A DNA stretch of 63,960 bases, counting the filler, from Reticulomyxa filosa (lineage: Eukaryota; Protista; Foraminifera), in assembly GCA_000512085.1 (NCBI GenBank). It is 16 parts of 16 records of this genome, joined end to end, with 100 filler letters (N's around TTAATTAATTAA, not from the genome) between each part and the next. Parts side by side here need not be neighbours in the genome. Positions count along the whole stretch, not along the records: positions 47,935 to 49,508 come from ASPP01002255.1; positions 49,609 to 51,514 come from ASPP01027206.1; positions 51,615 to 56,849 come from ASPP01021241.1; positions 56,950 to 62,451 come from ASPP01005368.1; positions 62,552 to 63,960 come from ASPP01012692.1; 11 more parts are not named here. One strand, written 5' to 3'. How positions within the stretch are numbered: the stretch's first letter is position 1; each line of letters starts with the position of its first letter. Under the pieces are notes generated by a model. It searched no databases, was not told the origin of the DNA, and saw nothing but the letters and a program-made list of their open reading frames with translations. A program made the translations under genes and the position numbers. This document shows, one piece after another, positions 49,155-63,648 of this stretch.

Positions 49155-49464
49155 ATGGAGTTAAGCGAGCAAGATTGCAGTGAAATAAATGAATTGGGTT
49201 TGAAAAAGTTTGATAAGCTGCTTGACGCATGTTGTCAAGCACTGACGAAGACAGCCAGTGGCCAAGAGACTGCCAGTTTTGATTTGTTTACTCAAAAGTA
49301 GATCAGCATCTATTAAAAAAGATATTTAAACAAATATCACATGCAGACACATTGTCTCAATTGGTTGGTGATGTATCATTGATCCAACTAAAGAAATTCT
49401 CTGGTCAAATTCTTTCATTATTGAGCGAAGCTTGCCGTATTGACGCCAATCCAAGAGTATTCAG
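49155..49464 (+). CDS. COMM-domain protein (COMMD3-like), 5' part
   Basis: MELSEQ...FDKLLDACCQAL...VSLIQLKKFSGQILSLLSEACRIDANPRVF resembles the COMMD3 helical N-terminus. One GT-AG intron is present. Confidence 0.5.
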
Positions 49465-49845
49465 GTTTGGTTTGTTAAAGAAAGATAAAAGTTTGCCAAA
49501 AAAAAAAANNNNNNNNNNNNNNNNNNNNNNNNNNNNNNNNNNNNNNNNNNNNTTAATTAATTAANNNNNNNNNNNNNNNNNNNNNNNNNNNNNNNNNNNN
49601 NNNNNNNNTTTTTTTTATCAAAAAAAAAATTGATTATTAATCTTTTTTTTTATAAAAAAAAAAAATTAATGATATGGTCGAACTCTCTCTAAAAAATTTT
49701 CCCTTTTTCTTTGAAAAAACGAAACTGTTCAAAAAATTTTTCTAAATATCTGTTTTTCCTTTCATCCGCGGTGCCAACATTTTTGCCATAATACTTTTCC
49801 CTCCAAAGTCAAATGAAAATTTGGGTGTTGTTGATTTTATTCTTT

Positions 49846-50535
49846 TCACCGTTGCATTTCCAATCTCCGAAATGTCTTCAATTTGCTGTTGGGGCAGCGC
49901 GTCTCGTTCAACAACAACTCACCACTGTACATAAGTACATCTTCGATCAAAAAGTCGTGTCCATAAAAAGACTCCATAAAGCGTCTTCCAATATCGTTGC
50001 ACTGCTTTTTTTTTTTTTGAAGTTTCAAATAAATTTGTGATAGGAGCTCCATCAGAACTCACGATATTGGCTCTGCTGTATGAACCATCATCGACTTGGC
50101 AGTGTTCAAACAAGTTGAGGCGACGTTGTGATGTGTCATTTTGAAAAACTGAAGCGACGATAAAATGTTATGTGATGGCAATCCACCGTTTTCACAACAT
50201 ACAGCAAATGACTCCTTTTCAACAACAATCATCCAATACTGGAGATTGTCCGTCATGTCACATATGTAAAACATCTTGTGGTAATTCAAATATTCCAAAT
50301 TCTCCTTATCCATCGTTACCTCACGAGCCATTCGCAAGTATTCCTGGACATACTTCAGATAGTGTTTGCTTTGGCTCATTCTCACTGAAGGTCTCTGTGT
50401 CGTTGTCTTTACTTTTAGGAGAAGGACCAAAGAGGAGATACACTCTTCCAATAAGCTTCTGAAAAATGCTTCCTTTTCTTCCGAGGTTGGGAAACTTAAA
50501 AAATTGTACGGAGGACTGGATCTGATTTTTGACAT
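49846..50535 (-). pseudogene. Hypothetical gene or pseudogene with an in-frame TGA
   Basis: ORFs 50059-50628 and 49846-50052 are in the same frame, separated by one TGA. No family was recognised. Confidence 0.35.
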
Positions 50536-51614
50536 TTTCTTTGAAAAAGAAAAGGGGGAGTTTTGCTGTTGCTGACAACAAAACTGTTTGCAAACATTTC
50601 TGAATTTGAGAAATCTTAAATATATCAAAATTTCTCGTAATTAATAGAACTTAATTTTATATGTTTAACATTTTTTTGATTGATTGCATACATAAATGAA
50701 CATACATAAAATTACCACACTTTTTATCGAAAAATTATTTTTAGTTTTGTAGTAAGATTTTTTGTTGCTAGAATATAAAATAATTTCTAAATTGCTTGTT
50801 GGATAAAAAAGACAACATTTGATGATATTTTTGATTTTTTCAAAAAAATCGAATGCCATTTGTTTGATACAAATAAAAAGACAATCTTCGCAACTTATAG
50901 GAGTAAGTTCAATTTGCATTTAAAAGAAAATTAGGCTTGAAATTGTCATATTTTATTGATCGTAATTTTTTCTTTAATAAATTGTTTCAAAATGCTAAAT
51001 TTAAGCGAATTTTTGTTGGATTTCGATTTTATATTAGCATTGAGATTTGAGGACCATGTGTATCTGATTAGCCATTACTTCCAGCATAGCAGCATTTTTT
51101 TATGTTCGCATTTGCAGTTGTATTTGTATTTGTATTTTGCAGTGGTTTCGCCGTTTTTACTTTGGTTTTCAATGCAAACGCCGCAATTGATTCAAAGTAT
51201 ATCTTATCTTCCACCTCTTTTCTTGGCTTCACAAATATTGTTTCCGTTGCTTCTTCCAATGCTCGTTGATTCATTTTGTGCCCTTCTTTTTGCTCGCTGT
51301 AACTTATCTCTTGCACTTGTCCATCTTTTCGCTTTGCGTCCGTTTCTTCGTTCGACTTCACATAAGCATTGTGTTGAGAGGCCAGGAATTTCTAATATAC
51401 CTTCGCCAAGTCTTAAAAAATTGCCATGGTGAGTCTGTTTTCCATGGCAATATTTGTTTTTTTGGAAAATGATGTCGAACTTTAGAACTGAGTTTTTTCT
51501 TTGTCACTATTTTTNNNNNNNNNNNNNNNNNNNNNNNNNNNNNNNNNNNNNNNNNNNNTTAATTAATTAANNNNNNNNNNNNNNNNNNNNNNNNNNNNNN
51601 NNNNNNNNNNNNNN

Positions 51615-52421
<807 letters not shown>

Positions 52422-54522
52422 ATCATTTTGTTTTCTTCTTTTTTCTCTATTTTCTGAAATGGTTGCATTTTTTTGAGAGTTTACACAAGTAGAGTGGAAC
52501 AGTTATCGCAATGTGTCTTTCTTTTTTTCAAAAATAATGTTTTTTTCCTGGTTTTGAAGCGTGAAATGCATGTAATATCGTAACTCTCAATAATCATGTC
52601 TTGGCTCTTCATACAGCAACAAGTATATTACAAATGTTCTTATAACATTATTTGAAATAACTTTCAATTTATTTTTCACACGCTTTCACACTTCAAGAAT
52701 TTTAAAAGAAAATGACGCAATAATATTACGTCATGTGAAAGCAATATAATGATTTTTACAAATTATTAGCGAACATTCTGTAAAAGATAAAAGCTCAGAC
52801 GTTGCGTCTCCCAGTTTAAAGGGATCTCAAAATGATTATCAGATTATAACAGTCACAACAAAGGGTAATGCGAAGCACTGAAACAAGCACGTAAATAAAG
52901 TTACCATGAAAAATTAATATAGAAACGAAGACTGACATTTGCAAAAACGTGAAAGTGGAAAGCAAAACTGTAAACTGAAAAAAATTTTATTGACTGGTCA
53001 CAATTTTGGTCTTTTTACTACATTTGATTATTTTGCATTTCAGCAAATTAATATTTTTATGATATATACAGCAAATAGTATATATATTTTAAAGATGCAA
53101 GGCGCAAAATAGCACTAAACTTGCAAATCGAGTTAGTCAGCCATATTCAAAAGAATATAGCGCACATTAAAAAAAAGAAAACGAAACAAATAATAATTCA
53201 CACAAATACTTACAATAGAAAAAAATTTATCATATTTGTTGGTTTTGCATTGTTTTGTCTTTTGGTATAATTCTGTAGCTGATTTAATGCAATCTGAAAT
53301 TTATGCACCATATTAAGCTATTTAACTTTTGCCAAAAAAAAAAGAGAACGGTGTCTTTCTCCATTTATTTTCTTTTGATCGTTGAAATTTTTTATTCAAA
53401 TTATTTTTATGTTTATCCATTGTGCTTTCCTTTTGATTTAGCATGTTTGCTTTTTCAATATTTTCAACTTATTGCTTTTTAACAATTTCTGCTAGTGCTT
53501 GATTGTTACAGTCTTAATTGAAACATATCAGTAACTTCATGTTTTTTGTAATCGAAAATGAAGTCGAATAATACAATAACTAATGATAATGTTCACTTAT
53601 TTCTGTTTGTAAATATCGCGATAGTTTTATTCGTGTATTTGCATTAGATACTATTTTTAATTGTTTTAACATGATAGTTTGAAATTTCTTTAATGTATAA
53701 TTTCCTTCATTTTTGCGATTTTCAATATTAGTTTTCCATTTAAAAATAACAATTGTTTTTCCAACAATTTCAAATCATGAACATTCTTCAAGAAATTTTT
53801 GAATATATTTGGCAAACTGAAATACTGATCTTGACTTTTCAAAATGAACTTCAAATATCAACAGATGTCGGAGTCAATAACTAACTTAAACACAAATATT
53901 CTTCAAAATACAACTTTTTTGGAAAGATTGTATCATCAATGTGGCAATTTTTTTTAGATGTATGTTGCATGATAATTTTGCTTTTTGTTGAAATCAGAAT
54001 AATATGACTGAAAAACATATAAATTAATACAATAAAATTCTCTTGCATAAAACTCATAATCAAATTTCGTTTTTTTTCAATATTTCGTCAGCCTTTTCTT
54101 CTTTGTGTTGTTTGATTTATACTATGTAACTAATTATTTGAATAAGAAGAAATTGCTTTAAAAGAAATAAGTTATTTGACGCAACTTTAATGTCAATTAT
54201 GACTCATACGGTGATTTATACTATATATTTTTAGTGAGATCAGTTTCTGTTGTTATATTCACAATAGCCATGTCCCAAGACAAAATTTCTTTTACTTTTC
54301 ACTACCTTTTTTGTTTTTCATTATATATCGTTCTATTATTTAATTCATTTTCTTTTTCTCCAAAAGTAAATTACATTTTATGTTTGCTTATTAACTCTGT
54401 AGATCTTGCATTCAACATTTCAACTTTTTAACGTGTTAACTGAGGTTCTTGTTAAGTATTGACGACTTACTTTTTTTAGTAAAAACGAAAAAGATTAATA
54501 AGAAAGCTTGTATTGACTGAAA

Positions 54523-55540
54523 ATGTGCAAAAAAAAAGAAAAGACATGCACAAATAAACTATTTCTCATTTTTTTGGGAATTTTGGAATTGATAATTGCA
54601 GCAATAGCGTCGTCAGGGTTAGGAGTGAACGTGCTAGCAACGACTTCCGGTGTTGCAGACGTAAAACTTCGAATAACAGGTCTCACTATCAACCAGTACT
54701 ATGCCGACCTGACGATGACTACCACGTCGTACGACTTTCTTGGCCATATGAAAGGTTCAAATTCGTATGATTCAGAATCGTATACGTACAAAAAAGCCTA
54801 TACCGATAACTGTGGGAGTTCAACACCTAGCAACTCCACCAACCAGTGCAACTTGAGATACGCTGTATGGAAATGGACATATGCCTACACAGCACTGGGG
54901 ACAATTGCCTGTGTCGTTGTAGGTTTAGCTGGAGTTTTGTTGTTTTTTTTTTTAAAAAAAAAGGAGGATAAGAGGAAAACAAAAAAAAAGTTAATGAAAC
55001 ATTCACCCCCTTTTTTATTATAAAAAAAAAACTAGGCGTTTCTATTGTTTTTGGCTTTTTTTCGCTCGTGCCTCAATCGCACTTGCTGTAAAAATGAAGA
55101 CAAACACCAGTGCATACGCTGGTTGTGTAAATACATATCGGATCTGGGAATATTGTTGGTAAACCTTTTCGTATTTATATTGTTTGCCTTTGCGTGGGCT
55201 ATCATCATTGGATTGAAATATGCAAATTTGGTATGTTTTTTTTTTTTTTTATTAATGAAAACAGTTGACAAACAAATAACAAAAAAAAAAACCTTTGGTT
55301 CAGAGCGATGTTATTGCTGAAGCCGCAAACCAAGCACTGAACAATGATAAATCTCTCGAATACTATGATTTTACTTTTGATTCTTTGAAGGCGGGGACCA
55401 GTCTGTGGCCTTTGGCTACGGCTTCGCTTTTATCTTTGCTTGTGGCCTTATACTTGTTTTTCTCCACGTGTTGCAAATGCTGTGGTCACTGCAAGAGCTA
55501 CAATGTAAGCTGTATTGAGACGGCAGATGAGGACGTGTAG
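54523..55540 (+). CDS. Four-TM claudin/SUR7-like membrane protein (3 exons)
   Basis: Has TM1, a large extracellular loop with two Cys, three more TM segments, and Cys clusters after TM2 and TM4. Confidence 0.55.
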
Positions 55541-56110
55541 TGTTTTATTTACTGACCGTTTTTTTTTTTTTTTTTTGCAGCGCATTGTAGTGATATATTT
55601 TGCTTTTGGTTTCCAAAACATTTAGCTAATCTTGTGCTCAGTTATCGATTTTTACCATAGGTAAAAAAAATACTGATTAATGAATATTTGTCAATTTTTT
55701 TAAAAAAAAGACTATATGGTGACAAGTGCGTATTAAAAACAACTAACGCAAAATACAACATGGTAGCTATACGTACCTACATGTACATTTCGTGATAGTT
55801 TTTTTTAATTTGATTAAAAAAAAAGCTACTTTTGTTTGCAAAAATTTTGCTGATACAGAGAGGCCAGTAGGGCTACTTAGATAACAATTATTCTTATTGC
55901 AGGATCGCAAAAGGGATAAAGCTACATAGTAAACCTTTTCCCACCTGAAAAGTGTATATGCTTACTAATTCATACGAGTCTTTGAACATGCTAGTATTGG
56001 AAGAAAAAAATTTGGAGAGTTTTTGTTGTGAACAATTTGGACATTATTTATGTTCATAGTTTTTGAGGAAAAAAAAAATATTTTAGTTATCCACATACTT
56101 TACAATTCGT

Positions 56111-56808
56111 TTAGGTGCTTATTTTTCTCGGCTCAAAAAACATTTCCATTCCATTTTTCAGTTGCAAAGTAGCACTGAAAACGGGATCGAATTGTTGGCC
56201 TTGTTTCAATGTGAATTTATACTTGGTGAGAATTTTGGCAATGGCAATTTTGGCTTCCATCAAGGCCACATGTTTGCCCAAGCACAATCTCGGCGAGACA
56301 TTGAAATAAGGATAATAGGAGGGCTCATAGCCTTTCTCTTGGTTGTAAAAGCGATAGGGATTAAATTGAGTTGGGTTTTCCCATAAATTAGGCATTCGAC
56401 TCAACCCATAATTGAAAATGATGACCCCATCACCTTTTCGAATGACCTCTCCTTGCGGACACGTTATATCCTCCACGGCGAATCGAATCATCGAAGGCAC
56501 AGAGGGATGCAGTCGCAGCGTTTCCAAAAGCACCGCTTCGAGCAACTTCAGCTGCTGCACTTTCTCATAGGTCAGTGCATGTTCGTCTTCACTTGAGCTT
56601 ACCGTCAACACCTCCTGCAACACTTGATCCTGAACTTTGGGGTTCAAACTCAACTCATAGCAAGTCCACGTCAGCAAAATCGCAGTCGTGTCTCTCCCCG
56701 CTATTATAAAGTTTATGGCATTATCCCTCAGTTCTTTCATCGTTATATTCGGAATCTCTTTCGCATACAATGACAACAAGTCGTAGCGTTCTGCCAATTC
56801 ATTTCTAC
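56111..56808 (-). CDS. Cytochrome P450, last exon (resembles CYP86-clan-type fatty-acid hydroxylases)
   Basis: Has the I-helix NFIIAGRDTT, K-helix ETLRLHPSVP, meander FNPYRF and heme loop FNVSPRLCLG. Confidence 0.93.
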
Positions 56809-56949
56809 CTGTTAGCTTTATAATAACAATTACAACAATAATAATAATANNNNNNNNNNNNNNNNNNNNNNNNNNNNNNNNNNNNNNNNNNNNTTAATTA
56901 ATTAANNNNNNNNNNNNNNNNNNNNNNNNNNNNNNNNNNNNNNNNNNNN

Positions 56950-58937
56950 AATGGTAATGGTAATGGTAATGGTAATGGCAATAGTAATAGCAATAGCACT
57001 CCCACTGTCAATGCCAGCGTGATTACGAATATGAATGCCAGTATGAGTGGCAAGAGCGCGGAGTCGTGGTGCGACGGAACGTTGGACAAAGAACGTGTCG
57101 GCTCCAATGTCAACAACGACACGTTTTATTCTTGCGAATTGGAATCTGTGAACTCGACCTGCGATTCAACGCCGACCAACAAAACGTTTGTGTCTGTGTG
57201 GACATCCACGGACGACTCGGTCAGCAATGGTCCAAACTTTGCGGATATACAAATGTTGTCAATACCCAATTCCGGCGTCCCAGCAACGATGACAACCACC
57301 ATGACGATGGCGGCAAGCAACAAACATAGTGTTGCAAACAAAAGAAGCACGCAGCTGCAGGACAGTTATTCTAATCACACATTTAGCGTTTGCAGCAACA
57401 CGGGAACACAAGAACAAATGCCTAGTCAGCAAAAACGAGTGCTACCGCCGCAGTCGCAACAACAACAACAACAACAGCAGCAGCATGCCAGCGCTTCGGC
57501 TAACTGTCCAATAAAACACAATTTCGCATTGAATAATAGCAATATCACCAATCCCGAAGAATGCTTGTCTAATAGCAGCAGCGGTAGTGCTGGTGATATA
57601 TTCTACCGAACAAATTCGGAACACTCTGTGGTAATGTAGTGTTTTTTTTTATACGTTTTTTTTTTGTATTTTGCTGATTCATCAAAAAGATCAAAAAAAA
57701 AAAAGTAAAAGCAAATAAATTTTTTTTTTTCCTCCTCTCTTAATCTTAGTCTCCGTCGAATATGCGTAAATCAAGCCAAACGAAAAAAGGTCGTTTACAT
57801 GGGAAGGAAACGTCCAAGGGTGTAAATAACGAAAGGGAAGACGTTGTAAATTTGAGTGACATTGCCGATTTGTGGTTTGGCATACATCAAAACGAGCTGC
57901 CAAATTCCAACTTGCCCACGACAAGTTTGTCTGCAACAACAACAACAACAACAACAACAAACGACACGCGCACACAAGGTATGGCGGAGATAGAAACGCT
58001 AACGACAACAAGGGCAAGAGCGAAAGAGAAAATGGACTCGGCCAATGCAGACAAACTCAACAAAATGAACGAATACATCGATCCGTTTGTCACACCCTTG
58101 CAAACCACGACGTCGTGTAAAACCTCCCTCCAAACTTTGGACAGTGATAGTGATAATGATGATGATGATGATGATGACAATGCGGATGCGAATGCAAATG
58201 ATAACGATAACGACGACAAGATAACGCAACAAGCGTCGCTATGGAAAGAAAATGCAAACAAGGATGATGTGCATGACAATGCATTTTACATCAACGATAT
58301 TGATAGATTGGTGGACGCCACAATTAATCGCCACGAGCAAGATGCGGAGTGGAGTGCCCACAATGGATTGCACATGACTACAAACGTTACGAATGAGCGT
58401 AGCAAAAAAGGAGTGCCTCCATATGCAGTAACCAATGTTCGACAAAGTACTCGTGACTCCATGTCCAGAGCAATGGCTCCGGTGAACCAAGTCTGTAAAA
58501 GCACATTTTTGAATAACGCTTTGGTCCATATGAGCGAAAATGAAAATGGAGAAGAAGAAGAAGAAGAAGAAGACGGAACTCTCCAGCACATTGCCGAAAA
58601 GATCTTGGATGAGAACACAGACATACTCCCAACTCACCACAATTCGACCTATCAGAGTCGTCCTGTGCTTCCGACTTCATACGTTTCCTGTGCGCCGTAC
58701 ACTTTGCAAGCGGGACAATTGAACACGTTTAAAAAATCACATGCGATTGACGACAATGTTTATTTCCGCCAGTCTTGCAATGCGTCTTCCACTAAACTTG
58801 CGTGGCAACCTCAATTTGAATTGCCAATGTCGATCGCTACAAGTAGTCCCTATCAGTCAACTTCCAACCGGACATTGGGGGGATTGATCATGCACGGATT
58901 GGCAATAGAGCCGATTTTGGCCGACCCCAACTACTGA
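56950..58937 (+). CDS. Low-complexity S/T/N/D/Q-rich C-terminal part of a large protein (2 exons)
   Basis: Long GC-richer open frames at 56950-57630 and ~57750-58937 contain in-frame trinucleotide repeats (polyQ, polyT, polyD, polyE). Confidence 0.65.
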
Positions 58938-59677
58938 TCACTGGGCCGATGTTTTTCTTTTGAGAAAAGCAACAGAAAATTTGCCAAATGATTGTGAAAG
59001 TTTAATAACTCAATTTCTTTGGGTTTCGACACTAAAGGAAAAAATCTCCAGTAAAAATTGGAGGAGTCTTTTTTTTTGTTTGTTTGTCTTAAATTGTCCA
59101 CACATTTGCTGTGGCAATGCTTGTTTTGTTATCATACAATTGTTGTGTGCGATTGCAAAAAATAGGGAAAAAATTTTATTTTATGTTGGCATACTTTATT
59201 TAATTCATTAATTGTTAAAAATACTTGTTATGATAAAACTATTCTGCACTTCATTTTTTTTTTTTTTGAACTAGTACAGTAATTCTTGGAGTTATACCAA
59301 ATGATACATGTACAACACTTTTTTTGTCGGTCATTGATTTGTTGTCTAAAAAAACCGTTAGATATTGAAGGTTAATATTAAGTATTGGGCTATGGTGCTG
59401 GATCGATGAATCAAACATGGTGTTTAGTTTGGAATGAAAAAATTGTATAAACAGAAGTTTTTCAATGTTCAAAATAATGAACATGTGCTTTGATTTGGTA
59501 ACCTGTGAATAAAAAAAAAGCTATAAAAAAAATTGAAACAGACTCTCTATCACTGAAACTGTATCCCTGTGGAAAAAAACCAAAAAAAAAAAATTTGTCC
59601 TCCTACGTATAAAATTGAGGGATAGTATAAGGCTATCTTGCTGCAAATAAAATATTGAACGAAAAACCGAGGATCGT

Positions 59678-60382
59678 CTATGGCTGTTTTTGAACATGTT
59701 CGTTTAGGTACGCTTGAATATTGTCAAGTGCAGTGTCATTGTTCTTATGATCACCAAAGGGGAACCAACAGAATATAACATTGAGAAGCGGAGCCAAAGG
59801 GACAATTATTGGAAAGAGTCCAGTTGAACCACTTTTAGCGATAATGTGAACTTTTCCTTTTTCTTCCTTGTCAGGGGTAAACGTTAACTCGCATATATCC
59901 AACCATGCTTTGTTTTTTGTTTTTTTTTTATTGTTTTTGTTTTGTTACTGCGTTCATCAATTTCCTTTGTTTTCAACTACTCACGACAAAAGTATCCATA
60001 GAAACTATCTTTATAAAAAAATAAAAAAGATACAATCACAACAAACCGCATGTCTTTGTGATAAACCATCCTCTGAGACGAGTCCCATTTTTTTCTCGTG
60101 GTCTTACTATAAATCCGGCTGACTCCATTGCTTTTTCTGTGAGGGCCAAATAATCGGTATTCTCATCAAATACATAAGTCCACTTTCTTGGTGTGGCACG
60201 GTGTGGAGAACGCAACAATGGAATCCATAATCCTGGTATCAAGAAACTTTGTATTGGCGCCTGACAGCATATTATTGGGTTTTTAAGACGATCTGAGCCT
60301 ACGTTTGTTTTGATTGATTTGATTTGTTTTTAAAACTATTTCAAACACAAAAACAAAACCAGAATAAAACATGCGAACTCAT
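59678..60382 (-). CDS. Small conserved-looking protein (possibly DUF1499-like), 3 predicted exons
   Basis: The spliced reading is ...RGWFITKTCG|WLDICELTF...AKSGSTG...WFPFGDHKNN...IQAYL. The start model needs a 4-nt first coding exon (ATGA|gt). Confidence 0.45.
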
Positions 60383-61439
60383 ATTAATAAGTTTAAAGGT
60401 GAAAAGATTTCACAAATGCTTATTTGTCTTGTACAAGTTTGATTTTGAATTTTTTTTGAAAAGGCTCCCAAAAAAGGATTGACACAAATGTGCTTGCGTC
60501 GCTTTTGTATTGAAGTAATTTATTTATGATTTTTTGCTCAAGCCTTTTTTTTATAGTCAAATTTTTTAAAAAGAATGTTGTCCAATCTGAATTTGAATAC
60601 CATATTTATTTAATCCAAGACAAAACTCAAAATGCAAAAACTGTAATTTTTCAGATATTTCACTAAATTCTTTTAATATCTATAATTGATAATAGTTTAC
60701 ACTTGTGTTATGTATAAATTATAATCAACATCTTTTTGTTTATTAAACATAGTAAATAAGGTTTGTGAGAGAAAGATGATTTAATCTCGTATTTGATAAC
60801 TCAAATAATAAGATAATTTGAAATCATTTCAAATTGATAGCTGTTATTTGGAAAACTTGTTCAAATAAAGATTTTTTAATTACTGTCATTATAACAATAC
60901 AACTAAAATATAAAAATTGATTAAAATTACCCTCGACAGATTGCACATTTTCTTTAGACAACAGCAAATATAAAATTTCATTTTGATTTAGTTATAAAAT
61001 CTTTTGAAACATTACAACAAACTATTCGACAATATCAGGTATCATTATTTATTGATAATTTTAACAAAAACAATTATATCCATCTTGAAAACAATACAAA
61101 TAGAATAAAGTTAAGAAATTAAATTTGGAAAATGAAATACTCAAAGTTGAGTTACAATTGAAAGGCAAAAAAGATGAAAAGATTCAACAATTAAACTATG
61201 CACAAGTTTATTATTTCTTTCTTTTTGTTTTCAATATATTCAAAACATTAAAAGCAAGAAAATAATAATTAAACAGAAAACAACATTGATTGAAATTGAG
61301 AAATTTAAAAAAAGACATCGAATCAAAAGATGATGAAATTCAAAAAATAAAACAAGAAATGCAAGTGAAACAAAAACAAATAATTAAAAAATATTGAAGA
61401 AACAGTTCAAGTAAGAAACTAACCCACTTCAAACAAATT

Positions 61440-61930
61440 TTTTTTTTAATTCTTACAATATTGTTGATCCTTCTTTAACATTTTTCTGATCACAACAGTA
61501 ATTTGTTATTTATAACTTATTTAGAAAATAATATTAGTATTTTTGATTTAAATATATTTCAATTTATTAAACATGATACTTTATCAATTGATAATGAAAT
61601 ATTTTATCATTACTTTGTATTAAATTCAGAAAATGGACAAGTACAAGAAATGATGAAACAAATAAACAAAATTATCAAATGCTGTTGTTTTGTTTGAATG
61701 TGATGAAGATAATAACACTTTTCAATTTCATCAACTACGTGTTGTAAGAATAGTGCATCATTCTATGCATAATACATATGTTGTCATTTTATTCTTTGAT
61801 GGACGGAGTTGGAATGGTAATAAATTCGTTTATTCAAAATTAGTGCACAATTATTCAATTCAAGAAAAAATGGATTACATTTAAAGATATATTGCCTATT
61901 CCATTGGGCCATTGTTTTAGGATATTGGAT
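61440..61930 (+). pseudogene. Kelch/beta-propeller-family gene remnant among other gene debris
   Basis: Reads LLFITYLENNISIFDLNIFQFIKHDTL...YHYFVLNSENGQVQEMMK...ECDEDNNTFQFHQL with frameshifts. It is a paralog of 45950-46480. Confidence 0.6.
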
Positions 61931-62626
61931 GAAAATAACAGTTATATACAGACAAGTCGATAGTAAAAGAAAGCGAATATTATTAAAGTTGAAGACAGAG
62001 AGTAGCTCTAGCTTTTTGGCCAGAAATGATTTGACAAAAATTGAGTGTTGCAATTCAACATATAAGGAACAAATCAATCATTATATTTGTTTAATTTGCA
62101 AACAGCACAGTCTAGTTCAACATGAAGTAATATCTTTGTTTTCAAAGATTTTCAACAATATCAATACTTAAAATCTGTTGCAATTTATTTTGATTTTTAA
62201 TTCTTTAAAAAATATTGAACTCAACTTTTTAAATTTTTTTAAATAACAAAGTAAGATAGAACACATCTTTTAATGCTTGCATTCAATCAAATCAAACAAG
62301 TTTAATATCAACTTACTTTTCAAACAAAAACACACCTCCATTTCTTATTTGACAAAAAGTAAATTATCCCCAAATACGAATGGGACCAGAACACAAATAT
62401 CTACCAGCATTAAATGGTGAAAATTCAATACCACAAACACCATCAGTATGTNNNNNNNNNNNNNNNNNNNNNNNNNNNNNNNNNNNNNNNNNNNNTTAAT
62501 TAATTAANNNNNNNNNNNNNNNNNNNNNNNNNNNNNNNNNNNNNNNNNNNNTTTTTTTTGCTGTCTTTTGTTTCTAAACGAAAAAAAAAAAAACACACAA
62601 AACGCACAAATATTCGAACAAATACA

Positions 62627-63648
62627 TTAGGTACATTTTTCATTAGTTTTCTTTTGAGAGAGGACAATATCATAAAAGCTCGTGTCTTGAGTTTCGACAC
62701 AGTACCACTCCCCGTGTTCAATGTGCCGAATATTCATTCGGACTTGATGCAGCATTTGTGGGAGCACACAGTCAACGTTGGAACTTGACATGGTGTTGTG
62801 CATACATTCACTTAGTAAAGAAAGATCAGGGAGAATATGACCCCTCGTGGTCGACCATATGGTTAGAAACCCATCATCATGGTGTCTACATATTGAACTG
62901 TTATTGTGTTTTTCATGGCATGGGACCCTCGCATTGGAAATGCAGAACGTTTGGGAGCATCTTTCCCACGACAAGCGTCAACTATAAAAATTTTGGGACA
63001 ATTTTTCAATGATTCCATTTGATAACAATCAAAGCGATGACGAATGCTATCAATATACGTGAATCTACCATCACTTGTTACCAACACATCCTCATCATCT
63101 CCATGGCCACATAAAATAACAATCAATGCATCATAGCTGTTTTTATTTTCTTGCAATTCTTTATCTTTAATCAATTTCTCAAAAAATTCATGAATGTCTG
63201 TTTTGGTCATATTTGGCGTTTGATTGCATACAAAATCATATTTCAATTTGTTTTCAAACATATCTTTGAAATTTGCCATATCTTTTTCTTGCACTTTTGC
63301 AAGCTTGCACCACCCAGTTTCTTCATTGTACTCACTGATTCCAATCATTGCAACTAATGCATTGCGAACCACTCGAACATTTGAGTTTGCAAAAGAGCGA
63401 GGAGAAGACTTCCAAACGAGCTGAAAAGATGGATGTTGTGATGCTTCAAATGCCCGAATGAGATCATTTTCCGTCTCAATTGGCTGTTTACTATTTCGGT
63501 CGACAATCTCCACCATCAATTTCATTCGAACCATACGTTCAAAATCGTCCCAATCCAACAGTTTACAAACATTATCATACAACTCTGAAAACGTCGGCTT
63601 GTTCATCTTTATCTTTGCTTTCGTCGAGTTTAGCCTTACTTCTGCCAT
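62627..63648 (-). CDS. Caspase-like (C14) protease with PB1-like N-terminal domain; one frameshift in the p20-p10 linker
   Basis: Contains ALVAMIGISEY, VILCGHGD and PKIFIVDACRG. The p10 region FLTIWSTTRG...GEWYCVETQDT continues in the -1 frame (ORF 62627-62974) and matches the paralog at 9616. Confidence 0.85.
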
